Of a DNA stretch of 64,000 nt, positions 29,027 through 41,770 are shown one piece after another. Within the stretch, counting starts at the first letter, position 1, and the number at the start of each line of letters is the position of its first letter. The DNA is from Octopus bimaculoides. Lineage: Eukaryota. The translations under genes and the position numbers were made by a program. Below the pieces are notes generated by a model. That model was not told the DNA's origin. It was given only the letters and a program-made list of their open reading frames with translations, and made no database searches. The stretch spans positions 27,351,046 through 27,415,045 of the forward strand of contig NC_069001.1 of assembly GCF_001194135.2 (NCBI RefSeq), written 5' to 3'.

Positions 29027-29837
29027 AGTGTGTGTATGTAGGTCTGTATGTATGTAAATGTACACACGCACAAGGGATGGATAAAATAATGGAAATGCCA
29101 TATGAAATCGAAGTTTTATAATTGAACACGAAGTTGTTCCCACTTTGCCTTTAATTACATTTTTAATACGCCGAAGAATTGACTCGTAATAGGTTTTGAT
29201 TGATTGGTAGAAGAATTTTGTGCCATTCCTCAAGTAAAACCTGTTTTCGATTTTTCAGTAACGATGGAGAAGAGAAATGTTTCCTTACTTGCTGCTCCCA
29301 AGTATGCCATAAATGTTCAATTTAATTGAGTTCCATTAAGTGTTGGGAGCTCATTAAAATGAGTTACTTCACCTTTATGCTGCTTGTGATCGTTTTAAAT
29401 AGTATTAGCCATTTGAATGTTCACGAAATATTGAACTGCCATCAGGGAACAATGTCTGTTATTACATGATGGACATAAACAACCAAATTATTGAGGTAAT
29501 AACTTTTAGTGTGATATCTTATATAAAGAACAACTAAAGGTCTAAGAGTACTCATTCATATGATTGTCCAAATCGCCAGACAGTCACTACCATCTAACAA
29601 TGATGAAGGTTTCTTTGAGAAACTTCGAGACATAAACTCACCCCAAAGTCGATGAATAATTGAATGGTGATTCATCAGAGATGACATTGTTCCATTGTGC
29701 TATACGTCTTTTTTTGATTTTATTTTTTCTGTTAATTAATGTTAATGAAAGAGAGGAGAATTTCAGCAGTTGCTCTCCTGCCTTATTTATTCAAATTGAT
29801 AGTGCTTCCGTCGGATAGTTCTGGCTTCTCGAATTAG

Positions 29838-30010
29838 CACTCCGCTGGTTACGTCGACGAGGGTTTCTGTTGATCCGTTCAGCGGAACAATCTGCTCGTG
29901 GAATTAACGTACAAGTGGCTGGATACTCAGCAGACACGCGTGCTTTTAACGTAGTATTCAGGGAGATTAAACGTGACAGAAGGTGACAAAACTAGCCCCT
30001 TGAATTACAT
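29838..30010 (-). mobile_element. SINE family B, 3' fragment (more diverged)
   Basis: gcactccgctggttacgtcgacgagggtttctgttgatccg...gctcgtggaattaacg aligns with the other B copies. Confidence 0.8.
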
Positions 30011-30411
30011 ATACTACTCATTTTGAAAACTGAATGGATTGGAACAGTGCAAAATAAAGTGTCTTGTTGAAGGTTACAACGAGCCGCCACAGTGTTGGTT
30101 AACACAGAATTGGAAAGGTTGTTGTGTAGCTCTACTGTCAATTTTGATACTGCAGCTCCATGAATGCTGACATCATACGTTTCATATTCTGCGATTTCTC
30201 TGTGAATTCTGCCTTACGCCTAGAATTACGTTAGTGAGAAGCATTCTTAACTTAGTTTTGGAATGCCCAAAGGATTTTAGAGATGTACAACCCAAAACAT
30301 TAAGCAATTCAGCAGTTCGATGACTCATGTTCTAGGTATCCGCAGTGTTAGAATTCGACCGCATTGGAAGTAAGATAGGTCCCATATTCAAACTTAGTTA
30401 AACATAGATAT

Positions 30412-30596
30412 AGGCACAAGAGTGGCTGTGTGGTAAGTAGCTTGCATACCAACCATATAGTTCCGGGTCCAGTCTCACTGCGTGGCATTTTGAGCAAGTG
30501 TCTTCTACTATAGCCTCGGGCCGACCAAAGCCTTGTGAGTGGATTTGGTAGACAGAAACCAAAAGAAGCCCGCCGTAAATATATATATATATATAT

Positions 30597-30668
<72 letters not shown>

Positions 30669-30870
30669 TTGTGTGCGTGTGTGTGACTCCCCAGCATCGC
30701 TTGACAATCGATGCTGGTGTTTCTACGTCCCCGTAACTTAGCGGTTCGGCAAAAGAAACCGATAGAATAAGTACTAGGCTAGGCTTACGAGGAATAAGTC
30801 CTGGGGTCGATTTGTTCGACTAAAGGCGGCGCTCCAGCATGGCCGCAGTCAAATGACAAACAAAGAAAAG
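30412..30870 (+). mobile_element. SINE family A, full length, with expanded internal (AT)n(GT)n tract
   Basis: tRNA-like head with A-box-like tggctgtgtggt; the body is collinear with the 3575 and 31970 copies. Confidence 0.92.
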
Positions 30871-31969
30871 AATTTAAAAATATAAGAATAGATATCTTCA
30901 AAATAAAGTAAATAAATAAATCATGCAAAACCGAGTGCTATACCATACAAACAAGTCATACATATGCAGACAGGAACAAATTCGAATTTGTATTATAGCT
31001 AATAGAAAATGAAATTTAAGTTAAAGTCGCTGCCATTATTTTTATCTAAACACTGTATAGACACAAACACACACACGCGGGCGCACCCACACATACACAT
31101 GCACGTATATATACACACATTCACACATACACATAAACGCAAACATGCATGTGTCTGTGTATTCATGTCTGTATGTGTGTGTCAAACGACACGCATAGGA
31201 CTGTGTGTGCGTATGTGCATGTGCGCTGCATTGTGCAAGTGCTTACGTTCATTTCATTTAGGTGTACGGGAGACAGGTTGACGTACTTTTAACGCAACTA
31301 AATTTGGCAAATTCTAAAAGCCGGGGAATACTGAAACCTACCATATTATATTTGCTAGATTAATTTATAGAATTTTTCATACTAATTCATGTTAGACTTT
31401 AGTCTGTAAGCAATGAGGGAAAATAAACCACTGTCTTGCACATAATAGAGCTTGTTGAGAAGAGCTAAATGTTTACTATCGGAAAATTGCTCTTTTTGTC
31501 CAAATTGTACAACGTGTCCGTTTACTTATTCAGGAGTTGTTAAAAAACAGAGCATGACTTTTTAACAGCAATTCTTAGCTTGGAAACAAGAATGTCCATA
31601 GCTGTACTGTAGCGTGGTGCCTGTCTTATTGGATTTGCTCTGTTGAATTCGTGCGCAAGTAGTCGGACACCCTCCCCCGACAGGAGAACTATGGCGAACT
31701 CATAGGCATAAATTATTTACGCGCTCAGATTATGTCTAAGCATACATACATACATACATACATACAACAAGCACATATACTTACATATAAACTTCAAAAA
31801 TTAGGCTTATCACAACCAGAATGGAGAAAGTTGATTCACAGAACACAGATTAAAACCTATCACTGGCAGTTTAAAACCTTGCAAAGCTTTCCAGAAGTTT
31901 ACCATTTCAGTAGATATGCGCATGCGTAGACATGCCAATATGTATATGACAATACACAGATACATACGT

Positions 31970-32370
31970 AGGAGTAGCTGTGTGATAAGTAGCTTGCTTA
32001 CGAACCACATGGTTCCGGGTTCAGTCCCACTGCGTGACACGTTGGGCAAGTGTCTTCTACTATAGCCTCAAGCCAACCAATGACTTGTGAGGGGATTTGG
32101 TAGACGGAAACTGAAAGAAGCCTGTCGTATATATGTATATATATGTATGTGTGTGTATATGTTTGTGTGTCTGTGTTTGTCCCCCGACATCGCTTGAGAA
32201 CAGATGCTGGCGTGTTTGCGTCCCCGTAACTTAGCAGTTCGGAAAAAGAGAACGATAGAATAAGTACTAGGCTTACAAAGAATAAGTCCTTGAGTCGATT
32301 TGCTCGACTAACGCCGATGCTCCAGCATGGTCACAGTCAAATGACTGAAACAAGTAAAACAGTTAAAGAG
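31970..32370 (+). mobile_element. SINE family A, full length
   Basis: Head ggagtagctgtgtgataag...ccgggttcagtcccactg (B-box-like GGTTCAGTCCC); collinear with the other copies. Confidence 0.92.
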
Positions 32371-33622
32371 ACATCTGCACATGCAATAACTCCAGAAACT
32401 GCACACATGCACACACACACGTAATAATACTCGGTTGATGTTGTTAAAATTCCAATGAATGACCCTTGGATCCAGATAAGAAACCGTCTCTTTGTCTATT
32501 GGCAAGAAATCTTGAAATGAAACAGAATAATAACACGAGCTACCGCATAGTTTATGGCTTGCAAATTCTACAATAAATAAATACAGCATCGATTAAACAA
32601 AGGCAGTACTATCAAAGATATCACACAGTGAAAACGAACCAAAAAGAATGCGGGCGCAAACCCGAATACGTATCTAATATGTGATCTCTCACTCCGTGCG
32701 TGTGTGTGCGTGCGTATGTGTGTGTATATATATCTATATATCTATATATATATATATATATANNNNNNNNNNNNNNNNNNNNNNNNNNNNNNNNNNNNNN
32801 NNNNNNNNNNNNNNNNNNNNNNNNNNNNNNNNNNNNNNNNNNNNNNNNNNNNNNNNNNNNNNNNNNNNNNNNNNNNNNNNNNNNNNNNNNNNNNNNNNNN
32901 NNNNNNNNNNNNNNNNNNNNNNNNNNNNNNNNNNNNNNNNNNNNNNNNNNNNNNNNNNNNNNNNNNNNNNNNNNNNNNNNNNNNNNNNNNNNNNNNNNNN
33001 NNNNNNNNNNNNNNNNNNNNNNNNNNNNNNNNNNNNNNNNNNNNNNNNNNNNNNNNNNNNNNNNNNNNNNNNNNNNNNNNNNNNNNNNNNNNNNNNNNNN
33101 NNNNNNNNNNNNNNNNNNNNNNNNNNNNNNNNNNNNNNNNNNNNNNNNNNNNNNNNNNNNNNNNNNNNNNNNNNNNNNNNNNNNNNNNNNNNNNNNNNNN
33201 NNNNNNNNNNNNNNNNNNNNNNNNNNNNNNNNNNNNNNNNNNNNNNNNNNNNNNNNNNNNNNNNNNNNNNNNNNNNNNNNNNNNNNNNNNNNNNNNNNNN
33301 NNNNNNNNNNNNNNNNNNNNNNNNNNNNNNNNNNNNNNNNNNNNNNNNNNNNNNNNNNNNNNNNNNNNNNNNNNNNNNNNNNNNNNNNNNNNNNNNNNNN
33401 NNNNNNNNNNNNNNNNNNNNNNNNNNNNNNNNNNNNNNNNNNNNNNNNNNNNNNNNNNNNNNNNNNNNNNNNNNNNNNNNNNNNNNNNNNNNNNNNNNNN
33501 NNNNNNNNNNNNNNNNNNNNNNNNNNNNNNNNNNNNNNNNNNNNNNNNNNNNNNNNNNNNNNNNNNNNNNNNNNNNNNNNNNNNNNNNNNNNNNNNNNNN
33601 NNNNNNNNNNNNNNNNNNNNNN

Positions 33623-33683
<61 letters not shown>

Positions 33684-33844
33684 ACACACATATTTATGTA
33701 TATGAAATGTATATACTTATACGAGGATATAGATGCTTGTAAATTTGAATATATATATACATATATGCACATAAATTTATATTAGTGTGCGTGTGTCTAT
33801 GGGGTGCGTGATCGCTTGTGTTTATACTTCTCACGTGCTATGCA

Positions 33845-33881
<37 letters not shown>

Positions 33882-34126
33882 ACATTCGAAATGCAATAAA
33901 TTTGTATCATGACATAAAGTATTGACTAATAGATTACGTTTCACACATATCTCCACCCAGGAGAAATATCGTTGCGACAATATATTTATATAATATAAAG
34001 TCAACACTAATATTTCTGAATCCTCCTCTACGATAAGTATAATCAGCAAAAATATAATTTATATTCATCATAATATAACAGACTTGATGGATAGATCTAT
34101 CTATCTATTCGTCCATCTATCTATCT

Positions 34127-34162
<36 letters not shown>

Positions 34163-35059
34163 TCTTTTACTCTNNNNNNNNNNNNNNNNNNNNNNNNNNN
34201 NNNNNNNNNNNNNNNNNNNNNNNNNNNNNNNNNNNNNNNNNNNNNNNNNNNNNNNNNNNNNNNNNNNNNNNNNNNNNNNNNNNNNNNNNNNNNNNNNNNN
34301 NNNNNNNNNNNNNNNNNNNNNNNNNNNNNNNNNNNNNNNNNNNNNNNNNNNNNNNNNNNNNNNNNNNNNNNNNNNNNNNNNNNNNNNNNNNNNNNNNNNN
34401 NNNNNNNNNNNNNNNNNNNNNNNNNNNNNNNNNNNNNNNNNNNNNNNNNNNNNNNNNNNNNNNNNNNNNNNNNNNNNNNNNNNNNNNNNNNNNNNNNNNN
34501 NNNNNNNNNNNNNNNNNNNNNNNNNNNNNNNNNNNNNNNNNNNNNNNNNNNNNNNNNNNNNNNNNNNNNNNNNNNNNNNNNNNNNNNNNNNNNNNNNNNN
34601 NNNNNNNNNNNNNNNNNNNNNNNNNATATATATATATATATATACCAGTCTGCTTGTGTATCTCTCTCTCTCTCTATCTATCTCTCTCTCTCTGTCTATC
34701 TATCTGTTCCTCTGTATATCTATGCATATCTAAGAACACACACACAATCACACACGCACACATGCATACACACACACAGACAGACACAGACACAGACACA
34801 CACACACACACACACGCGTATATATATGCCACGCTGAACAGTTAATAAACATATTCTCAGAACTCAAACGTCATATTTCTACTTATAAATAAACGGCGGT
34901 AATTAAATTGTCAGAAAGCAGAGATACAGTACAATACTGTGTAGTTTCACATTCAGTTAATCTCAACTCACTCCCCACCTCATACACAATCACACACAAA
35001 CTCACACACAAACATACATGTATATATTCTCAGAGAATATTTGACTCACTTACTTGCCG

Positions 35060-35387
35060 TTTCATTAATCTACTAGATAAGAATTCTCCGAACTCAAGCA
35101 TCGCTCTAATGATCTTTGGCTCTATTGGCTAACTCTTGGAGAAGGAATGGGCTGTGGTTGCTTCTTGACCTTCATTGTAACTTAACCTGAATTGTCGATA
35201 CATAATTTGTAGAGTTTGTTTTGTACGAATTACGCTCTCTAAAATCACTTTCTTGGAGACATAAATTGTATCACGACAATACATTATATTTCTAAATACT
35301 GGTACTAATTTTACACAAAGGATTATATTAGGATATTGTTGTATTTCGGGACGGTCATTATTTTGCCAAATAAATACAAGCACTGTA
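35060..35387 (-). mobile_element. Probable Tc1/mariner-superfamily transposon 5' end, decayed
   Basis: The minus strand begins TA|CAGTG (35387-35381), a typical Tc1/mariner TIR start. It is followed by VILESVIRTKQTLQIMYRQFRLSYN, resembling by eye the N-terminal HTH of mariner-like transposases. Confidence 0.5.
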
Positions 35388-35877
35388 TATTTGTTCTTCA
35401 TTCGTTTATTACTGCTCATTTGTTTTTTCTATTTCAACTCATGTTCGTTGTCCGGAAATCTTTCGTCATACATCTGGATGTGTAACATCCTATATTAGGA
35501 TTTTAAAAGTTAATGTCATTTTTCCTTGGCTTTCATTGTTTTTGAGAAATGGGAAATGTGTTTAACAGATTTGATGAATTTCAAGCGTAGAGTAACGGAC
35601 CAAATATTACCTGGCCTATGATTTATCTTAACGTCTATCTTTCGTGCTATTGTACGTGGACGAATATTCTGTATCTTGAAGCCTTGTGTAATTCTTTCAT
35701 TCTTTTATGTTTTCGATATTTGACTACAGGTTTTAGTTGAAGAAATTGATCATAGGACTTATTCCTAGTCTCTTTTGGCGAACCGCTAAGTTACGTGGAT
35801 ATAAATACACCAAAATTGGTTGTCAAGCGATGGAATGGAGACAAACACAGACACAAAGACATACTCGCACATGTATG

Positions 35878-35920
<43 letters not shown>

Positions 35921-36559
35921 NNNNNNNNNNNNNNNNNNNNNNNNNNNNNNNNNNNNNNNNNNNNNNNNNNNNNNNNNNNNNNNNNNNNNNNNNNNNNNNN
36001 NNNNNNNNNNNNNNNNNNNNNNNNNNNNNNNNNNNNNNNNNNNNNNNNNNNNNNNNNNNNNNNNNNNNNNTACCAAGTGTCTTTATTTCATTACATTTGC
36101 CATAAAAGCATAATACAGGTTGAAGCTTGCGGGCTGGACACATACACAATGATAATGATGAAAAGAAAAAAAGAGATGGTTGGTGGGGGAAGCAGCCAAC
36201 GTCCGCTGATTGTTACTTCCCGATAACATTGTTCTTTTCTTAAAACACAAATGAGGTGTTGAACTTCTTACAACAGTTACACATTGAGGCGCTGAGCCTC
36301 TTACCGCCCCCCCCCCCCACCAAGAAAATGTTCAGCAAATATATTCAACTTGAGGCGCTAAGCCCCTTACCAAAATCACCAACTTCGAATCGAGGCACTC
36401 AGATATCTTACTCTGCCTCCCCGATCAAGTCTGTTGCCGCCAGCAGGTAAGCCTGGAGTCGCAACTTCCTCCCACCATACGTGGGAAGAAACAAAATCTC
36501 TTTGCCCTCTAAGGGCTGGCTCGCAAACTTGTGAGCCGCCTAAGGGGTGTCAAATAGCA

Positions 36560-36900
36560 ACAACACGGTTGCATACTTGATAAGAGCTAGAGATAAGGAT
36601 AGCTTTAGCTGTCCACAGCTTGTTCAGGTGTTCTACACTGACCATACAATGGTTAAGTGTAGGTTGAACTTAGATAGAACATTTAAGAGAGGATCTGGCT
36701 ACTACACTGTGGAAGTGTAGTGCTGAGGGTTAAAGTGGAGGGCAGAATCCCTAGGTGTTACCAATGTGGTCTAAAGGGTCACATTAGGGTTGTCTACCCT
36801 TCACCATCTGCTGTCAAAAAGGAAAGCGCACCTCCATCTCCACCAGAGACAACACAGAGACAGCATCAAGTGATGTAAGAGACGAAGAAGGATAGTAAAA
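36560..36900 (+). mobile_element. Decayed L1/Tx1-like LINE fragments (endonuclease end plus ORF1 zinc knuckle)
   Basis: VFYTDHTMVKC...KRGSGYY resembles the APE endonuclease SDH...GPGYW region (TDH at 36637-36645). VEGRIPRCYQCGLKGHIRVVY (36756-36797) is a CX2CX4HX4C knuckle with the last Cys lost. Confidence 0.75.
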
Positions 36901-37612
36901 AGTAGAAAAGAAAAGAAAATGGAAGACGCAAACTGGCAGTGATCAGTCCTACCCCACGCTCACCCAGCTCCTACCGAAGCCCACTTTGCACGCCCTTTCC
37001 CTGCAACCATCTGTCCTCTCCTTACCCGGCTTGCATTCACTCACTGATGTCCAAAAACTTCCAACCCCCATTCCCGTAAAATAAAAAAAGAAAACAAAGT
37101 AACAAAATTATTAATTTTTTTATGAACTAACGAATAAACAACCAAGAGTTTGGAAAGTACGAGATTGGTAAAAATCTTTGGAATGCAATCCGCACGCATT
37201 TGGGATCTGCTATAATCAATACAAATGATAAAAAAGAAATTTGAGAAGTTCGAGGACAAAGTGAAATACGTTGAAATAAAAATGGACAAAAATGAAATAC
37301 CATACATGATAAGTGCTGAAAATTTAAAATCAGACTTTAATATTAACTTTTTCGATTATTTTAAAAAGTAACCAAAAGTGAAATGATGGATGTGGAACCG
37401 AGCGTCATCATTACATCTCTCATTTTTCCATTTTACCCTTTAATCCGTTTTCATCTACTCACGTTTTTATTGTCTTGTATTGACCCCTCTTTATGTCGCC
37501 CCTTGTGGGTAATATGGAATGTAGAATCGTTAGCACACCATGAAAAATGTTCAGCAGTATTCCACCCGCCTTTATTTCAAATCCCACTGAGGTTTATTTC
37601 ATCCTTTATTAT

Positions 37613-38345
37613 TCAATAATACCATATTATTGTAGACATATATAACAAGCCTAACATCAAATGAGAAATGTTTGTCAAAAGGTAAATCATTATAGGAAAG
37701 TGACCTAGCATTGGTGATATATGAAGTGATGTTAGTATATTAGAGAGGAAATTGCTGATATAATTATTCATATTTATTGCCAATTTGAAGTATTGTTCAC
37801 CCATGGAACACAATTGGAGAAATATTTCCCTGTTCATGAGACAATATAAGAAAACCGTGGGTACGTTAGTGATACTTCCCTTTTTGTAACGGTTGGTAAG
37901 TTGTTTGATAGTTTTTTGATAAAAGATTTATTCCGCCTTTGTTACTGTGTCAACATGCGTCCCATGCTTTTTGAAACAGTACATACAGAACACTTTGTTT
38001 AAGACAGTGTTTGAAGAGGAACACGTAAAAGCAAACACATATGAAAGCTCATCATAAAAAAAACCCCTGCTTAGGTATACATTCTCTTTACCTATTTCTA
38101 TAACCAAACAGCATATCTCAGTTGATTGGGGAGCTGCATGATAGGGTTTTCTGATATTCCTGCTCTCTGTAAAACCCATGCATTTGTTGCAATATATATT
38201 TTCGTTTCCCAATTCAAGCAAGCTCGTTCTTCTAACTTTGGAAGCAAACCAACTACTTAAGAAGTAGGCCACTGCTGATTGGAATCACCACAATATACCG
38301 AATAGGTATATGCTTTCACCCATTATCAAAACATTCGGTTTAGCT
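37613..38345 (-). pseudogene. Decayed coding remnant, possibly a hAT-type transposase (TTF/BED zinc finger and DUF4371-like region)
   Basis: ORFs 37928-38272 and 37613-37837 are in the same frame, separated by one TAA, giving about 220 codons with a single internal stop. Motifs NKVFCMYC and SNFLSNILTSLHISPMLGHF suggest the family, judged by eye only. Confidence 0.4.
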
Positions 38346-40435
38346 CAGAAAATATGAGAGTCTATGGTAAAACAATGGATTCTGATTCTGAATTGTAAAT
38401 ATATGTAAAATATTGTCAAAAAATATAACTAACAACTCGTAAATATCATGAACCAAAACCGAAAACTTTTCATTTTAAGATAAAATTAGTAATGGGCAAA
38501 TATGACACACCAAGTGTAGCACAAGCTTAAATAAAATTGTGTCTTTAGCTGCATCATAAACAACATAATAAATTGTTTACTCACGCACGTAAAATGCAAA
38601 TATGTATGTTTCAGGGATCCAGCCGCTGAGTGAGATGAATAATAATAGATCTGTGTCTATAACGCTACAGTTTGCCTCACTCGTTTCGTATTATCTTATA
38701 TACACTTGAAGCTACATCCTCCGAGAATGTTATACTACGTCCAAGTCGATAAACGCATTTTAATCACTTGAATGCTAGAAAAACAGAGAGTTGCTTCTTC
38801 AATACATTACAACTCTACTGGGAAAGGCTAAATACTATAAAGCAATATAAAGTAATAATTTTAAATTGGCTACTAGTTATTGAACACATGTCGTTTATAT
38901 TATACGAAAGAACGTTTAGCCTATTAAAAGAAAATCAATCTTTAGTTTACTATAATTCACCTACCTCATTTCTACGCTACATAGTATTCAGTATTCCTGT
39001 GGTTTTAAGGTTATTTATGTTATTTTCTGATTCTGTCACCACTGACATTACTGTCTGTCAATAGTAATAAAGCTATAAGTTTGTTGTATTTGTTAGTGTT
39101 GTTGTTGTACGAACAATTTAATCATTAAGCAAGGGTTATCGCTTCAATTCAATAAATCAACTGAGACTTCCTACTTCATTTCACATCATTGTGTAAATTT
39201 CTAATTCTGATTAAAATATTTTTGTTTCTTTTCACCCATGATTTACTTAAGTATAACTTTGTTGATTTGATTATTTCCCCATTTCAAATGGCATTTAACT
39301 ATTTAAAAATGCTGTCCATACATCTAAAATATATATAATCAAACCAAATGTTGTTGTTTTGACTATCTATTAAATGACTTCATTTATATTCATTATATGA
39401 GTTAAAAGTTTTTTTTTTATGTTTGAAATAAAATTCAAATACTGCAATTCAGTTTCCATAAGATAAAACCAAACATTGGAAAAATAAAAATGGCAAAAAA
39501 AAAAAAAAACAACAACATTTATATATAATTAAAAAAAAAAACTAACAAACATGACCTTTGATTTCAAAACAACAAAATGCAAAACAACAGACAAACAATG
39601 GTTCCAGTATATGTTATGTATTCATAAACATTATAAAGTAAATAAATAAATAGGCAATACAAAATAAATGAATCTGGTTAAACTGTGATAAAATTGATAA
39701 TCAATTCAGTGTTAATAACTTTAACGATTTTTTTCTTCGGTTATTCCAATTTATTTCAGTTGATGGTTATCTCTATATTGGCTTCATGTTTATTATTATT
39801 AGTATGAAGGCGGTGGAGCAACAAATTTATTAGATTGTTGGACAATATACAAAATGGTATTTAGTAACTACCTTTTAACTGCTGAGATCAAATCGTTCCC
39901 AGGTCAAACTTTTCTTTCATTCTTTAAGGGCATGTAAAATATATATACCCTAATCAAATAATACAGTGATTTTCATCGAGGATAACCACTTTTTAATTTT
40001 CCAGTTGTGTATTATAAATTATTTGGGTGGTGGTTTGATCGATTGTTTATGGTATTTAGTTCCAAGTTTTTACATTAGGAGTTCAAATCCCATCAAAGTT
40101 AGTTTTCCTCTCATTTCTCCAATAGACAAATAATATTGTCAGTTTTATCGAATATATACCCACCCTTCCTCGCTAAGACAAAAACGTTGGGGAATTTTGC
40201 TTGCGTTAGTAACGGATTTTGTAAATAAGGTGGTGAAGCGACATATTGCTTGCCGTATGAGACTAATGCATTGTGGTAATTAGTCACTGCATCTTACAGT
40301 TCACATCCCACAGTGGACAACATTAGCCTTCTACCGTCAATGGTCAGTAAAATATATTGTTACATAACAGAGTCACTGTAATCAATATCTACTTCTTCCT
40401 GAATTTGCAACCATGGGCCCATATTAGAAATCATT

Positions 40436-40625
40436 ATAAATACTATTAGAGCATTTAATTAACAATTTTATTAAAGTGCTAGTCTTAATGTCTTAGAGTA
40501 GTCGCATCTATTTACATTTTGCTTAAGAAACAGTGCGCCAATAAACTTTGCCGCTCATACCTCCGGGTACATTAAATAAATTAACAGCCACGTATTCGAG
40601 TCGAATTAATCAACTGACACCTCCA
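40436..40625 (+). repeat. Diverged direct repeat, copy 1 (partner at 43015-43206)
   Basis: Both copies read tattagagcatttaattaacaa...ttaatgtcttagagtag...ttcgagtcg..taatcaac.gacacctcc. Confidence 0.85.
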
Positions 40626-40899
40626 TCCAAATTTCTGGCGTGGTTCTGATTTTGGGAATTCTTATAATTAATATTTGAGTGATGATTTGATTAATTCTCT
40701 GAGTGTCTGTTTAAATATATTCTGAAAGTGAGTTGCAGAGATAAACTTTTGTAATGTTCCTGGGTCCACAAAATAAAATATCAGTCAAGCGTTATGTTCG
40801 ATTTCATGAAAACAACAAAACGAAAAGCAAAACCTTACCTGAATTCCGGCTATGCTTCTCTGTTAAGGATTACTGCATATAATATTAAAGCTGTGGATA

Positions 40900-41530
40900 A
40901 GGCGGTGAGCTGGAAGAATATTTTACAGCACCGGGCGTAATGTTTGATTGTGTTGTTTGTTGGCACTCCGTCGCTTACGACGTCGAGAGTTCCAGTTTAT
41001 CCGATCAACGGAACAGCCTGCTCGTGAAATGAACGTGCAAGTGACTGAGCACCCACAGACACGTGTACCCTTAACGTAGTTCTCGGGGGCTATTCAGCGT
41101 GACACAGAGTGTGACAAGGCTGGCCCTTTGAATTACAGGTACAACAGAAAGAGGAAGTAAGAGTGAGAGAAAGTTGTGGTGAAAGAGTACAGCAGGGTTC
41201 ACCACCATCCTCTGCCGGAGCCTCGTGGAACTTTAGGTGTTTTCGCTCAATAAACACTCGCAATGCCCGGTCAGGGAATCGAAACCGCGATCCTATGAAT
41301 TGGAGTCCGCTGCCCTAACCATTGGGCCATTGCGCCTCGACTTAGCGTAATACTTAGTAGCATTCCGTCTGTCTTTTCTTTCTAAATTCAAATGCAGCAG
41401 AAGTCGACATTACCTTTTATCCTTTCGGGGTCGATAAAATAAACACTAGTTGAACATCGAGGTCGATATATCGACTTACACCCTTCCCAAAATAATGGGG
41501 GTTGGTTGTGTCAAAATTTGAAACCAATAT
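40900..41530 (+). mobile_element. SINE family C copy interrupted by a family B insertion
   Basis: The C head aaggcggtgagctgg...gggcgtaatg is at 40900-40942. The C body resumes at 41341 (cttagcgtaatacttagtagcattccgtc...ggggtcgataaa). Confidence 0.8.
40955..41340 (-). mobile_element. SINE family B, full length (nested in a family C SINE)
   Basis: High identity to the 18671-19052 copy. Confidence 0.93.
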
Positions 41531-41770
41531 TAAAGGACTGGCAACATTTCTTACGGCTCTTTGCACTCTGAATTAAAATTTCCTCGAGTTCAACTTTGCC
41601 CTTTTAACCTTTCGGAATCGATAAGATAAATTACCAGTCAAGTACTGGAGACAAGGTAAGCGAGTAAATCCATCCTCTAGAACTGCTCGTCTTGTGACAA
41701 AATTAGAGAAACTGTTTGAGCAATAGAGTGGCACATCCGTTAGAGTGCCGGACTAGGATCCTTCTGAATT

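Noticed and set aside
37041-38345. NUMT, GPCR or TLR interpretation of the hydrophobic minus-strand frames
   Set aside because: A TAA stop persists under the invertebrate mitochondrial code and no mitochondrial protein is recognisable. The FLYCLMNR (GPCR TM7-like) and TIR-like resemblances lack the other required motifs. Hydrophobicity at 37041-37307 is explained by the A-rich plus strand.
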